64,000 nt of DNA from Lama guanicoe (GCA_013239625.1 MU053561.1:374826-438825), one strand, 5' to 3'; positions 13,347-26,846 are shown, counted from the stretch's first letter. Notes: a model not told the origin generated them from the letters alone. Numbers and translations are program-made.

Positions 13347-14962
13347 GTGAGTAAGATAAGCAGGCAGCGGTCAGAGACCTCCCAGAAGATGGCACAACTG
13401 TTACGAACACTAATATACTGAGTTTAGCTCCTTATGTCTTACTTTCACAATTTATAGTTTTGTTTTGTTTTGTTTTGTTTTAACTAACCACCATTACAGT
13501 GTTTGCTAATCACTGTTTCTTTCAGTCCCCCTGTGCCATGAGTTAACACAGCTCTGGTAAGGTTATTTTTACAGAAGTCTGGATCCATCTCACTCCCACA
13601 GGGTTGCTTCCAGAATTCAGAGCCAATATTCACTACCAGAGTGCCTTTCACAGGCCCACCCAGCTCAGCAGCCCCTGGTACTTCTGTGAATAGCAGTTGA
13701 GATAGAAGAAGCCACTTTGAGTAGTGTCCCTTTGACCCATGTCATCTTTGTATGCAGTCATTGATCAGTCAACTAATAATGCTCTCAAAACAATGATGCT
13801 CAGCCTGTTCTGTGTAGCATCACACATGTGTATATTTGAGGAAGTATGTGTCTTTTAAGGGACATGTCGTTGTCTTCTTAATGTCTGGGCCGACAATGGT
13901 TAGATCAAGATGTTAACGAAATACCAGAGACATGAATTTGATACCAGTTTAGGCCACCAACTAACACTGAGAAAAGCTTTGCTTCTCTGTTTCTCATAAA
14001 TGAGCCTCTGTATATTGGCTTCTAAGTTATTTCTTCACAGCAGGCTGGGAACTGTTAGCTGAAAAGCCACTGGCACCAAACTCAAATTTGCACACATTGA
14101 GCTGTTTTAAACATAGCCCTAATAGGTAGAATTTGGCCACGGACAGCCTGCCTGTTTTGTATATTCTGTAAAACAGCAGCCGATACCTGCTAGCTGGAGG
14201 TAAGATAAGCCCCAGGACAAGCCACTGCTGCCCTTCAGAGCTCTCTGACCCAGAGACTCTGGCTGGCTGCTGAGTGGTATCACCAACACGTCAGCCCCCT
14301 CTCTGTTACCCCTTCCCTCCGAGTTCATCTGCCCTCCTGTCCTTACCTTCCTCCTCCCTCCAGACGAGAGCATGCTGGGAGGGACTTCCCCATGTGCAGG
14401 CCTGTCAAAGATAGAGCCACTTTGTGGTCAGTGTCTTTTTCCTTGCTCAGCCCTCAAAGCCCTAAAACCCCTCCGTCTAGCCCGGCTAGCTAGCCCACTC
14501 TCTGTGCCCTCACCCCTGTATCGGCCAGTGTCTCACGCAGACATGTGGTTTCCTGAACCTGGAGATCGATTCATGCCGTATCTTTACTACCATCCACATA
14601 GACCACTTAGTGAGTCATAGGGTCCTGATCACATACACAGGACTGCATATTTTAAAGATGGGAAAACCTGCACACAGGAGGGACAAAAGTTTTGCACAAG
14701 GGACACATCTGAAATACCCCTCAGAATATTCAGTCCTTGTCTTCCCTTTCAAGTGGCTTTTTCAGCAGGAAGAGGTAAATACCAGTCAGCTACAAGTTGA
14801 CCCTACACAGGGCGATTAGTAGTGAGTGTGATGACGCCAGAGGAGCATACAGAGCTGGGAGAAGTCTGTGGGGAGAGGGCCACAGTAACTTACCAGATAC
14901 TCTCATGGTCTTTCCAACAAGGGTCTCTAATATTTCTTGTTCTTTCTGTTTGCTCTTGGCAG

Positions 14963-15095
14963 TGTGTCCCTGGATATCAGGGTGTCAATTGCGAATATGA
15001 GGTGGATGAGTGCCAGAATCAGCCGTGCCAGAATGGAGGCACCTGTATCGACCTTGTGAACCATTTCAAGTGCTCCTGCCCACCAGGCACTCGGG
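14963..15095 (+). CDS. NOTCH2: NOTCH2 exon ~22, EGF repeat
   Basis: [17 protein letters not shown]...CPPGTR; AG/GT boundaries. Confidence 0.96.
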
Positions 15096-15575
15096 GTATG
15101 AAGTTGGCCTTACCTGTCCTCCATCCAGGGCATTCTCTAAGTTGTAAATCCATTTTTAGTGTTGAGGGGGTTTTAAAAAATCAAACATTATTCTGAATCC
15201 TGGCAATTCAAGCCATTTCATTCATCTCCTGCTTAACTCTGATGCTCTGACTCCTGTTCTCAGTTCTGTCTGGTTATTGTTGAAAAAAGTGATACTAACT
15301 GCTCCGTAAGGGACTGCTTCATTGGGGTGTGTAGGAGAGAACATTTGAAGCCCTCAGCGTACTCCTCCCTGTGCTCTTTCTGGTGACCAGGAGGATGGCA
15401 GTTCTCATGAGTCAGAAGTGTGATTTTCCCTGCCCAATCTAAGAGGTCCCACCACAGATGGAGGAGTGTAACCTGATGAACCGTGTGAAAGTGTCGACCG
15501 AGGTGGTTCTCTCTTGCTGGAAGGCGGTGGTCTGAGGATTGTCATGTTTTTCTCTCTCTCCCCTCTTTCCTCCAG

Positions 15576-15812
15576 GCCTGCTTTGTGAAGAGAACATTGA
15601 TGACTGTGCCAGGGGTCCCCACTGCCTCAACGGCGGTCAGTGTGTGGATCGGATCGGGGGCTACAGTTGTCGCTGCTTGCCTGGCTTTGCCGGAGAGCGG
15701 TGTGAGGGGGACATCAACGAGTGCCTGTCCAACCCCTGCAGCTCTGAGGGCAGCCTGGACTGCATACAGCTTACCAACGACTACCTGTGTGTCTGCCGCA
15801 GCGCCTTTACCG
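15576..15812 (+). CDS. NOTCH2: NOTCH2 exon ~23, EGF repeats
   Basis: [16 protein letters not shown]...[12 protein letters not shown] boundaries. Confidence 0.96.
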
Positions 15813-16067
15813 GTGAGCGTCTCCCAGCCTCCCCGCCACTGTGCTAGGGAGAGGGGTTTCGGTGATGGTGTTAGGCCCTGTACGATCCAGCTTAGTTCAA
15901 GGGCCCAGTTTTTTCTTAGGTCTGAGCTCCATGGATGTTGCAGACACTCTACCTTTTGCTTTTCCTGAGAGATGCTTTCTCTTTTGTTATATATTGATTG
16001 TGTCATGTTGTAGCAGAAATATAAAAAAAGAAATAGAATTTTGGGAGTAGTTGAGCAAAATAACTTT

Positions 16068-16210
16068 TTTTTTAATTGAGGTAAAATATACGCAGCATAA
16101 AATTGATCATCTTAACCATCGTTAAATGTACAGTTCAGTGGTATTAAGTCAATTCACCTTGCTTTGCTACGATCACCACCATCCATCTCTGGAACTCTTT
16201 TCATCTGAGC
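16068..16210 (-). mobile_element. Short LINE-1 3' terminal fragment
   Basis: Poly-T then aattgaggtaaaat...tacagttcagtggtattaag...accaccatccatctc. Confidence 0.7.
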
Positions 16211-18062
16211 AAAATCACTTCTTCTTTTCAGGAATCTCACATCTAACTCTAGTTTTACCACCAGGCCTCATCTGGCATGTAGTGGCTTGAGTTACTGGGT
16301 AGTCACTGCCACCGTGACTTTCTTTCCTCCTCTGGGATCCAGAGAGGCTTAAGAGCTTCTAGGACACTTAAGGAGAGTAGGTTCGAACTGGGATGTGTTT
16401 AACCAAAAACAGGTTATGAATGTATGAACAGGAAAGCTTCAGTGGCCACACGTATGACCTGCACAGCTGAGACTTGGCTGTGCTCCCAGTCTTTTCTCAA
16501 GGTTTTGTTTTTTTTTTCATCCCAGATCATAAAGATGACCAAGTTCTGCCTCAGAATAGGGACTGTATCATAGGCACCTACTGATTACTTGTGCAGAAGG
16601 CCAGTTTGGTGACTTTGAGGAACTAAAGTTGTTGTTTATATATATACTGAATGTGGCAGTATCATCAGATGCTCAGAAATCTGTCTTGCACCTCTGGGCC
16701 ATTCCAAATCTTATGCCGTGGAAGTATTCATTAGGGGTCAGATAAGAGTCTGCAGTCGTCTGCTTTGGCAAGTTGGACTCTGCTGTGTTCTGAACCTATG
16801 ATATCCAGACATCCTTCCTTCGGTTTTAAAGATATGTTGCCTTTTAAAACTTTGGAATTTTATTTAAAAATGGGGCAGATTTTGAGATTTGGGAGATGCC
16901 TAGGTGTGTAGTATCAAAAGAGAAACAGTCCAAAACCTGGACAGAAAGGGTATGAACAGTCTGTCTGCAGTCTCATATTTGTCACAGTGTGCTTCGGAAG
17001 CCAGAGAAGTGGTTCCTTTCATTGCCTCTGAGGCTCCCTTTATCTGGAAACAAACACAAACAAAGAAGGAAGCAGATGAAGGAAGGAATGGACCACACCT
17101 TGAATTGGAGTCCCACAGCCAGGAAGTGGTGTTTCTGCATTTTCCACTCTTGTGAATAAAAAATTCTTGACTCATTGATTGCAATTATTGTGGGATGCGA
17201 ATACTGAGATGACCACCAGTCCCTGAGCCCCGTGCCCACGTGATGGCTGCTCCTGGTTATTGTCTGCTGCAGTGATGTGAAGACACGAACATTTGTAACC
17301 CCTGCCTCCTAATTCTGGTTGGCCAGAATTATTGCTGTTTTTCCCTTTTAAGTGCCTGAAGGCCAGATGGGGCCTGAAGCCTGCTATTTGCCAAGAGGCC
17401 CCAGCATTGCCCTACGTCTCCCCCGTGATTTCATTTGCTTAGTTCAATTTGTCATGGAGCGAGCAGTGGGCTCAAGGTGCCTTCTGTTTTAGGGCTGTGC
17501 CTGGAGATCACTAACTCTGGGATTATTAAGCTGTGTTTTAAAGCAGTGCCAATCAGGTTACAGAAAGGCTAGAAAAGACTGGAAAGCAATGCGAAAGATG
17601 AAAATTCGCTACAAACCACAAATCACCATTTGGACGTATTGGCCTGGGGTGGCCTTTCCTATGAAGTAGATGATGTTAACAAAATGCAGTGAACACTTTT
17701 GCTAAATGTTTCTTTTGACTCATGACAGCTAAAGTGCCTTCAAAAAAATGTTCAGGTGTCATTTTCCTTTTTTTTTTTTTTTTTTTTGGACCATCTTGTT
17801 CTGTGAGTCGATCCGGGCATGGTGCCATTGTGCTTAGACAAGACAGACGAGGGAACTGGCCTGAGCCAGTGGTGGGCCAGGCGTGTTGAGAGCCAGTGAA
17901 TGTCTCCATCCTCTCATGTTCCCTTTGGCTTAGAACTGAATTCTCACGCCTCTTGCTCCTTCTCTAGTCCTCTGACTAGCTCACATCCTAGTAGTGTTCT
18001 GTTTACCAACTTGCAATTACCACTTCTCCCTTTTAAAACCCCCTTTTATTTTCTACCCTGAG

Positions 18063-18175
18063 GTCGTCATTGTGAAACTTTTGTCGACGTGTGTCCCCAG
18101 ATGCCTTGTCTGAATGGAGGGACTTGTGCTGTGGCCAGCAACATGCCTGATGGTTTCATTTGTCGTTGTCCTCCG
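18063..18175 (+). CDS. NOTCH2: NOTCH2 exon ~24, EGF repeat
   Basis: [40 protein letters not shown] acceptor, GTGAG donor. Confidence 0.94.
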
Positions 18176-19099
18176 GTGAGTGCCATGCTGCCTATTGAAG
18201 GAGCGCGCTCTCATCCGTCCCTAAAGCCTGTGACAAAGCTGAGAGAGTAAACCTGATGTTTCCGGGCTCTGCAGAGAACGTTCTTGGTGGGGACATTTCC
18301 TAAGTTTAGCCTCTGTAGAAGAAAGTGCTTCCATTTTCCATTTAGAACTAAGAAATTCCCAGAACCGGCGAGCTCCCTCAGCTATGAGTGTCAGTCTTCA
18401 GAAGCACCAAGGAGGATGGAATGTTCGCTTGAAAATGGGGCTAGTGTCTCTGGCTTCTGGGTCCTGTGCCGAAGGGTAGTCTTGCTGCCCAGTTTGGGGC
18501 AGAGTTGGTTGGAAATGCCACTTTGCTCACGTTCCTTGGCTGGGCCTATTTGGGAGCAGGCTGCTGCTTCAACTCGAAGGAAGCCTAACGTTAGCCATTT
18601 GCTGTGCAAACGCTTTGCCAGAGGCTAAAACTTCCCTAAAACCGATCACTACACATGGAGCGATACCAAAAGGAAACCTGTCCAGTAACCCTGGCCTGGA
18701 CTAAGCATTTAAGAACAAAATGACATGGGAAAGTCTCCTAGGCACCCAGTCCTCTGAAGTGAGTTTCTTCCCCCTGTAAGGTCATTATAAGAGTGATCTC
18801 ACGGCGGCTAGGAAAGGCACTCATATGTCACCTGACTCCGGTCCTGCATGAACTGTGGACTTCATTTCTAGAAGTGATCTCTTAGAGTGAGAAACTTCTG
18901 TCTGCCTCCTATGGGACTGCCAGCCCTGACCTCCGGTTAACTTGAAGAGGTCTCTCCCTAGAACCTAGTCCAGGAGGCTACACAGAGGGATCTCAGCCAG
19001 GTGTCTCATCTTTGCCTCCCGAGAGGGGGTTGGGAGGGAAAATGGGGCATGCCCTCAAGAGTCGGCCTGCCACCCTCATTTGTTCACTGATTTCCACAG

Positions 19100-19605
19100 G
19101 GATTCTCCGGGGCAAGATGCCAGAGCAGCTGTGGACAAGTGAAGTGTAGGAGAGGGGAGCAGTGTGTGCACACGGCCTCAGGACCCCGCTGCTTCTGCCC
19201 CAACCCCAAGGACTGCGAGTCGGGCTGTGCCAGTAGCCCCTGCCAGCATGGGGGTAGCTGCTACCCTCAGCGCCAGCCTCCTTATTACTCTTGCCAGTGT
19301 CCTCCACCATTCTGGGGCAGCCACTGTGAGCTCTACACGGCCCCCACCAGCACTCCTCCTGCCACCTGTCTGAGCCAGTATTGTGCTGACAAAGCTCGGG
19401 ATGGTGTCTGCGATGAGGTCTGCAACAGCCACGCCTGCCAGTGGGATGGGGGTGACTGTTCCCTCACCATGGAGAACCCCTGGGCCAACTGCTCCTCCCC
19501 ACTCCCCTGCTGGGATTACATCAACAACCAGTGTGATGAGCTGTGCAACACGGCCGAGTGCCTGTTTGACAACTTTGAATGCCAGGGGAATAGCAAGACA
19601 TGCAA
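19100..19605 (+). CDS. NOTCH2: NOTCH2 exon ~25, last EGF repeats and LNR-A/B
   Basis: [11 protein letters not shown]...[13 protein letters not shown]...[19 protein letters not shown] boundaries. Confidence 0.97.
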
Positions 19606-20929
19606 GTAAGAGTCCAGGGTCCCCAGGACTGAGGGACACTGTCACTAACACACCTCGGTTTCTTGTTCCTGCTCCTAACTGCTCCAGAGCTTCAGCCCCG
19701 GTTGCCTCTGCTTTCAGGCTGTCAGTCTTGTCCCACTGCACACTACCCTGTGCTCTCCCTTGCTGACAGAGGCACAGGAACGCTCACTGCACAACCACCC
19801 TCTCTCTGCCTCTCTCTTCTTCCTCGCCTGCTGCTCTCACAACCTCCTGGGGGAAATCACTTTTGGAAGTGGTGTTACCTGCTCTCAGGCAGCCTCTCAC
19901 GTTACTTGCCTGCAGGATGGACGGAAGGTCTGTACCTCTCTCTGTTTGCCCCATTTCTTTCCCTAAGACGGGGTTTCCCCATCTGGTTTTATCAGGAAGC
20001 GTAAACTAGATTAAGCAACTTAAACCTCCTGGTCTTCATTGTTGCAGTTACAGGGAGCTTTGTGGTTTACGTAATAACTTTCCATTTAGTCATCCCATTC
20101 AATGTAACTTCATTAATTCTCAACAACCTTGTGAGGCATAGGTAAAGTTAATGGCCTTTCACAGGCGAGGGAACTGAGAAATAGGAGGTTCAAGAACTTA
20201 CCAAAGTGCGTACAGCTACTCCCGGCTCCTGATCGCCTCTTTGAGCTAGAGTGGCAAGTTGTACTAGATGGTGTAACTATAAGGGAGGGGAGTGAGGGAG
20301 GAGAGGAAATTGAAAATGAAATGACTTTTGCATCAATAGGTTTTGGGATCCAATTTTCTTTTCCCAATCTTTGAAAGATGCTGTACCAGTTAGATCTGGT
20401 ATCCTGTGTGGGAGACACTGCTCCCCGCCTACCTTCTGTAGTTGGGATTCAATCTTGTTTGGAAAAGAAATGGGCCACATCAACATGGTTGTCTGTGTAG
20501 CATCTCTTGATGGTACAGGGCTACTGTCCAGTTTCCAGAAGCACCCTCTAGAGTCACATTTTACTCCTGAAAGCTCAAGGACAATGTATACAAAAATAGC
20601 AGAAGCATGAACCGGTTGATTTTTGTTTCAGATTTGCTTGCAAATCTGATTTAACACTATTATAAGCTGCCTGGGTGTCTGTAAGCATAGTGAGCCCAGT
20701 GCTTTTTCTCATTCGGGGGCACTCACTGATGCTAAAGGGCATAGACTATCTATAGTCTAAGAAGTCAGGACTAGGAGATTCACAGAAGCCTTCATTTGGG
20801 ATCTAATCTGAGCCATAGAAGATGGGTAGGAAAACCCACATTAGTTCCAAGCAGAAAAATCACATAGAGCTCCAGTCTGGCCTGAGCCCCTTACCTCGTT
20901 CTCTTCCTCCTCTGCCTCCCTCTGCCTAG

Positions 20930-21277
20930 ATACGACAAATACTGTGCAGACCACTTCAAAGACAACCACTGTGACCAGGGATGCAACAGTGAGGAGTGTG
21001 GCTGGGATGGGCTGGACTGTGCTGCTGACCGGCCAGAAATCCTGGCCGAGGGTACCCTGGTTATTGTGGTGCTGATGCCGCCGGAACAGCTGCTCCAGGA
21101 TGCTCGCAGCTTCTTGCGGGCACTGGGCACCCTGCTCCACACCAACCTGCGCATTAAACGGGACTCCCAGGGGGGCCTCATGGTCTACCCCTACTACGGC
21201 GAGAAGTCGGCTGCCATGAAGAAGCAGAGACTGACGCGCAGGTCCCTTCCTGGCGATCAAGAACGGGAAGTGGCTGG
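20930..21277 (+). CDS. NOTCH2: NOTCH2 exon ~26, LNR-C, HD-N and furin S1 region
   Basis: [30 protein letters not shown]...[16 protein letters not shown] boundaries. Confidence 0.97.
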
Positions 21278-22138
21278 GTAGGTTTTTAATTTCTTCACTC
21301 CTTGAAGCTTAATTTTATAAGGCTGAGCACTTTGACACACAGAAGTCATAACTGAACATGTAGAAGAAAGGTCAGAGGATGGAACAGCCAACCAACTCAC
21401 ACAAACCCATCATCCCAGTATTTACGTTTAATGCCAAAGGTGTGCCTTCATCCTGGGACCCTGAAAAGTGGGCTGGAGCAAGTGGGAGGCAGGGTGTCAG
21501 GACAGCCTCCTTGAGTGCTAGACTCTCTTAACCATTGGCCAGAGCTGCCTCACACCCTCTAGCAGTGACTCCTCTTTGTATTAATCCTGGCCTTCTTTTC
21601 AGGCCTTTCATTTATGTCTCTTTGACAAGGGTGATATTCTGCAATTGATCTGTCACTTGCATCCCACTGTTTGTTAGTATATCTCAGAGTTCACCTCTAC
21701 AGCTCACTGAGGTGTGGATGCAGACACAGAGGAGAGAGAGGAATAAAAAAAGGGGGCAGGGGTGCATTTTCAGAGTCGCTCTGTGTGCCGTTGAGTACAT
21801 GGCAAGGGGAAAAAGAAGCCCACCAAAGTGGGGAGAGCTCCGAAGACCAGCTTCACCCCATTGTCTCACTTAGTCTTGTGTTGCCTAAATCAGAATGCTT
21901 GGACTCAGCCAGACCAAGGAAGGTGACACATGCCCTAAGTGGGAATTAGTGTTCAGGGTCTAAGACAACATCTTAATTTCTGAGATCTGTCTGAAGGCAG
22001 CGTCCCAGGGGTGGACAGCCTGCAGCTGAGGGTGAGGAATAAGGCTCATGTAACCCTCTCTAACTCAGATTCCCGAACGGGCAGCCGTCTGTTTTCTCAC
22101 CGTTTCCCTTTGCCCTCTTTCCCCTCGGCAACCCACAG

Positions 22139-22281
22139 CTCTCAGGTATTTCTGGAAATTGACAACCGCCAGTGTGTTCAAGACTCAGACCAGTGCTTCA
22201 AGAACACGGATGCAGCAGCAGCTCTCCTGGCTTCGCACGCCATCCAGGGGACCCTGTCCTACCCTCTTGTGTCTGTTGTCA
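22139..22281 (+). CDS. NOTCH2: NOTCH2 exon ~27, HD-C
   Basis: [51 protein letters not shown] boundaries. Confidence 0.96.
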
Positions 22282-22479
22282 GTGAGTAGCCCTGGAATTA
22301 GGGATAAGTGTGGGGAGAAAGGGGTCACTCGGGGGCAGAGAGGAAAGGGCACATTTTCAATGTGCAGCTCTCTATTACTCAGGGCTGGTGAGGGCAAAGC
22401 TGCTCCCTAGAGGAATTCAGTGGTCGTACTGAGAGGCTGAAGTTTTATTCATCGCTTTCCCGTCCCTCTGCCCTTGCAG

Positions 22480-22690
22480 GTGAATCCCTGACCCCCAAAC
22501 GCACTCAGCTCCTCTACCTCCTTGCCGTTGCTGTTGTCATTATCCTCTTTATTATCCTGCTGGGGGTCATCATGGCAAAACGAAAGCGGAAACACGGCTC
22601 CCTCTGGCTGCCTGAAGGTTTCACCCTTCGCCGTGACTCCAGCAATCACAAACGCCGTGAGCCCGTGGGACAGGATGCCGTGGGACTGAA
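22480..22690 (+). CDS. NOTCH2: NOTCH2 exon ~28, transmembrane helix and RAM motif
   Basis: [39 protein letters not shown]...; AG/GT boundaries. Confidence 0.97.
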
Positions 22691-23068
22691 GTAAGAGAGT
22701 TTGCCAACAAGCTAGTAATCTCAGTAGCAGTAAGTACGGTTAAGGGGAAAAGCAGATCTTGCTGAACCATGAGTTTAAATTCTGAGCTCTGGCCGAGCCA
22801 CATTGTCACACTTGACCATGATCCTGAGTGCTACGATAGTCAAGAGTCTGGATGCTCCGCTTCTGTGTGTATCATCCCAGTGGTGCTCCGCTTCTGTGAC
22901 AAGGCATACTTGCATGTAAGCTCTTGATTAGTGGGGAAGGAAAGGATATTTACTCAGGTAATGGAATGTAGTATTACCCATTTTTCCTGAGCCAAGGCCC
23001 CTGACAGTCTGAGTACAGCCATAAGACTGTATGACGGTAAAAAAAAAATTATTGAAAAGTCTATTTTA

Positions 23069-23335
23069 AGACTCACAGACAGAGAATACAGACTTGTGGT
23101 TACCAGGGGGGTGGAGGGTGGGAAGGGATAGACTGGGATTTTAAAATTGTAGAATAGATAAACAAGATTACACTGTATAGCACAGGGAAATATACACAAA
23201 ATGTTATGATAACTCACAGAGAAAAAAATGTGACAATGAGTGTGTATATGTCCATGAATGACTGAAAAATTGTACTGAACACTGGAATTTGACGCAACAT
23301 TGTAAAATGATTATAAATCAATAAAAAATGTTAAA
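23069..23335 (+). mobile_element. Young 5'-truncated LINE-1 3' end
   Basis: L1 3'UTR text, AATAAA and A-rich tail; perfect 14-bp TSD aaaagtctatttta at 23055-23068 and 23336-23349. Confidence 0.9.
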
Positions 23336-23404
23336 AAAAGTCTATTTTAGATTATGATATAACCTCTGCTCTTGTTTTACACCTTCCTCATTCCCTCATA
23401 TCAG

Positions 23405-23501
23405 AAATCTCTCAGTGCAAGTCTCAGAGGCTAACCTAATCGGTTCTGGAACAAGTGAACATTGGGTCGATGATGAAGGGCCCCAGCCCAAGAAAGCCAA
23501 G
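23405..23501 (+). CDS. NOTCH2: NOTCH2 exon ~29, RAM region/NLS
   Basis: [36 protein letters not shown] boundaries. Confidence 0.95.
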
Positions 23502-24049
23502 GTAAGCTGGCTGTGTCAGACTTTATCTGCTCACATTTCTTATTTCTGCCCTTTGGTATCTAGAGTGTCATGAATGGGAGAAAAGGGTGATAGTCTTTAC
23601 ACGCTGACCATCAGTGGCTATCCTAGGTTGTCTTCAGGTTATGGGTGGCTTTGGGTTACCTAAGTAAGTTTTTCAAAAAGAGCTCTTTAAAAATAATAGA
23701 AGAAACATGCTTCCTTCCTCAAGGGTCTTGCTGATGGTACTTGACTTAGGACTGCTGTGTGCAAATAGCAGTTTCCTTCATGGCTAGGTCTCTCTTTTAT
23801 CCTCTCTGGGCACTTCTCTTTCTGGAAGGGAAGGTGGAATTAAACAGTGGAAGAAAGCCAGTGACCATTGAGTTTGGAGGCTTCTCATCTTGAGCCCTGG
23901 ACACTAAAGCCACAGAGAAGTAAGAGGTAGAGTGAGCAGTGTCTGACATGGCAAAGAAGGCCATTCACCCACAGCGACACGTGACTGGGACACGCGTGTA
24001 TCCCGTGGATAATCTAAATCAGCTTGAGGAAACGAAAGCTGGAGGAATA

Positions 24050-24300
24050 CAGGCACGTAGTGCCTTATGATGGTTAAGAACATTGCCTCAGTTACAGTCA
24101 GAACTGTATTCGAGTCCAAAACTCTGCCACTTTGTAGCTGGCATGTTACTTAACCTCTTGGTAGTTAAATTATTTTTATCTGTAAGATAGGGATAATAAC
24201 AATAATTCTTTCTTCTGTGAGTTGTGAGGATTAAATACAGCAATTCGTGTTAATTGCCTTACGCATTTTCTATCACATACTAAGTATTCAGTAAAGGGCA
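24050..24300 (+). mobile_element. MIR SINE remnant
   Basis: tggttaaga...ctctgccactt..gttacttaacctct...tctgtaagatagggataata...tgtgaggattaaat. Confidence 0.75.
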
Positions 24301-24941
24301 GCTGCTTTTAAAATTGTAATAATAATAATTGTTCAACAAATATTTCCCGAGAGCTTGCTCTCAGGCTTGAATACAGGGTACAAGGAGGCAACCTTGGACA
24401 GGGTTTGTCCCTGTTCTGAGGAATCTTGCAGGTAGCAGTAGAGACTACCATGTCGTGCCATGTAAGTTCTTAACACGTGGTCGGTTAAGTAGAGTGAGCA
24501 GTGTGCTCTTTGGGACCCGCAAGAGGAATTAAAGTCTACTTTCTATTTGAAGGATAGCTAGGAAGTTAGTCAGACAAAGAACTGGGAGGGGCCGTGGCAG
24601 GCGGAGGGAACAACGTAGTCAGAAGCCCAGAAGCAGAAAAACGGTCCTGCGGGGAGTCTGTAGACGGCACGTTAGATAGGTAATACAGGTGACATATTAA
24701 GGCTGTCTGCTGCCTAGAGGATGGGATGGGGAGGCTGGGAGAGTTGTACAGATGATGCAGGAGAGATAAACAGGAACCACGTACCCCGAGCAGTGTGGAT
24801 AATAATCTGGAGAGTTAGATAGGAGGAGAGAGAAAACTGGCGGGAGGTTAGGAGAAGCGGTGTGAGAGTCTGGACTAGCTCCTTGGCTGCACTTCCCAGG
24901 GGTGGGCCAGGTTGACGGGGAGACTCGTCCCCCCCTTTCAG

Positions 24942-25110
24942 GCTGAAGATGAGGCTTTACTCTCAGAAGAAGATGACCCCATCGACCGACGTCCATGGAC
25001 ACAGCAGCACCTTGAGGCCGCAGATATCCGCAGGACTCCATCGCTGGCTCTCACTCCTCCACAGGCAGAGCAGGAGGTGGACGTGCTGGATGTGAACGTC
25101 CGTGGCCCAG
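24942..25110 (+). CDS. NOTCH2: NOTCH2 exon ~30
   Basis: [30 protein letters not shown]...DVNVRGP; AG/GT boundaries. Confidence 0.96.
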
Positions 25111-25727
25111 GTCAGCACCTGCAAGCCTTCCCTTTTTCACGCACCATGCCTCCCTGCCCTTAGTTCCGCCTTGTTGTCCCTGTGTTTTCCCCTCTTGGTG
25201 ATCTGCTCCCTTCTGATGTCATAGACTCAAAATCAGCTTGAGGAAATGAATGCTTAAGGAGCACAGGCTTGCAGAAATTATGAATTCATATGAGAATAAA
25301 GGGAAGTATTTCACATTGCTTCCCGTACAGCATGCTCGACCACAGACAGGCTCATTGTATGGGATAGGTTTTAGTGGGATGGAAAAATAACATCCCAAAG
25401 CAGAGGTATAGAGAATTAGTTTAGTTTATATCTTAGCGCATATAGTTTATTAATAGCGTATATTTTAAAATATCCAATAGGACTCAGAAACTTTAACAGA
25501 AAAGCTTATTTAACTTAGAGAATAGCTCCTCTTTACAGAAAGGACATTATCAAGGAAAAGTCAGTGGCAAATGGAAAGCTAATTGCCAATTACCACAAGA
25601 AGCACAGTTTATTTTTTTCCCCAAAAGAATAATTTTACTCAAATTGAACTATTCCAACAATAGAATTAATTGAACATTAATGTCCTTCTCCTCCTTAAAT
25701 GCCTTTTGGAATTTTCCTTTCTTCTAG

Positions 25728-26029
25728 ATGGGTGCACCCCACTGATGCTGGCTTCTCTCCGAGGAGGCAGCTCAGATATGAGTGATGAAGATGAAGATGC
25801 AGAAGACTCCTCTGCCAACATCATCACAGACTTGGTCTACCAGGGTGCCAGCCTCCAAGCCCAGACAGACCGGACTGGTGAGATGGCCCTGCACCTTGCA
25901 GCCCGCTACTCGAGGGCTGATGCTGCCAAGCGTCTCCTGGATGCAGGTGCAGATGCCAACGCCCAGGACAACATGGGCCGCTGCCCTCTCCATGCGGCAG
26001 TGGCAGCTGATGCCCAAGGTGTCTTCCAG
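25728..26029 (+). CDS. NOTCH2: NOTCH2 exon ~31, ankyrin repeats
   Basis: [13 protein letters not shown]...[21 protein letters not shown]...DAQGVFQ; AG/GT boundaries. Confidence 0.97.
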
Positions 26030-26846
26030 GTAAAGAACGTGAGAAGAGTTGGTTCCTTACAGATCAATAATATTTTACCTTTTTAAAAGCACTTAAGATC
26101 CCATTACATTTGTTCAGTAATTCTTTGAGACAATAAGGCAGATGATAGAGTCATGCTTGATGGACGGGAAAGCAGGAAAAGGGAGGCAGGCAACCAGACC
26201 TGACTATATACAGCCAGATGGTCGCAGAGCCAACAGCAGATAACACTAGTCTTCTGATCGTTAATCACCATTGTGTTTTGTTTTGCTTTGTTTTGGGTGT
26301 GGCAAAATACCTCCGAGATGAACAGATCAGATAGGAGTGATTTCTGTTATGAAGCCTTTGACTACTGTCAGCTTCTCCCTCTAGCCTTGTCTGACCATGT
26401 GGGATTCCAGCTGCTCGGTGGTGGTTTTCTTGACACGAGTTCACAGTTTACTCCTGATACCTTATTATTTTACTTTTATGAGGAAATTGGAAACATTCTG
26501 TGTCATCTTAAACTGTATACCATAAGTGAGGTTGTGGTATTTCCCCACATCCGTCTTCTTTGCTTTAGAAAGTAGAAGTACATTAGTTTACATAGCCATT
26601 GTCTCGAGCACTTACTTGTTTGCACGTTAACTCATTCCCTTTATTCCTTCCTTCCTCCATTCATTCAACAAGTATTTATTGATTGACCAGGGTAGAATCT
26701 TGGGCACAAAGATAGCAAGACATCCTCTGCCTTCCAGAAATTTACAGTGTAGCCTTAGCTCTGAAGCTCTTATTTCTTATCTTAGCACCATTATTACTAT
26801 TTTTAAATCCAGGTGTCTCTCTTTTCTGTACTTTCTCTTATTCTAG

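Noticed and set aside
19178..19741. Long antisense ORFs over NOTCH2 exons (also 15542-16006, 20841-21260, 29454-29939)
   Set aside because: Shadow ORFs of GC-rich coding exons with no independent support.
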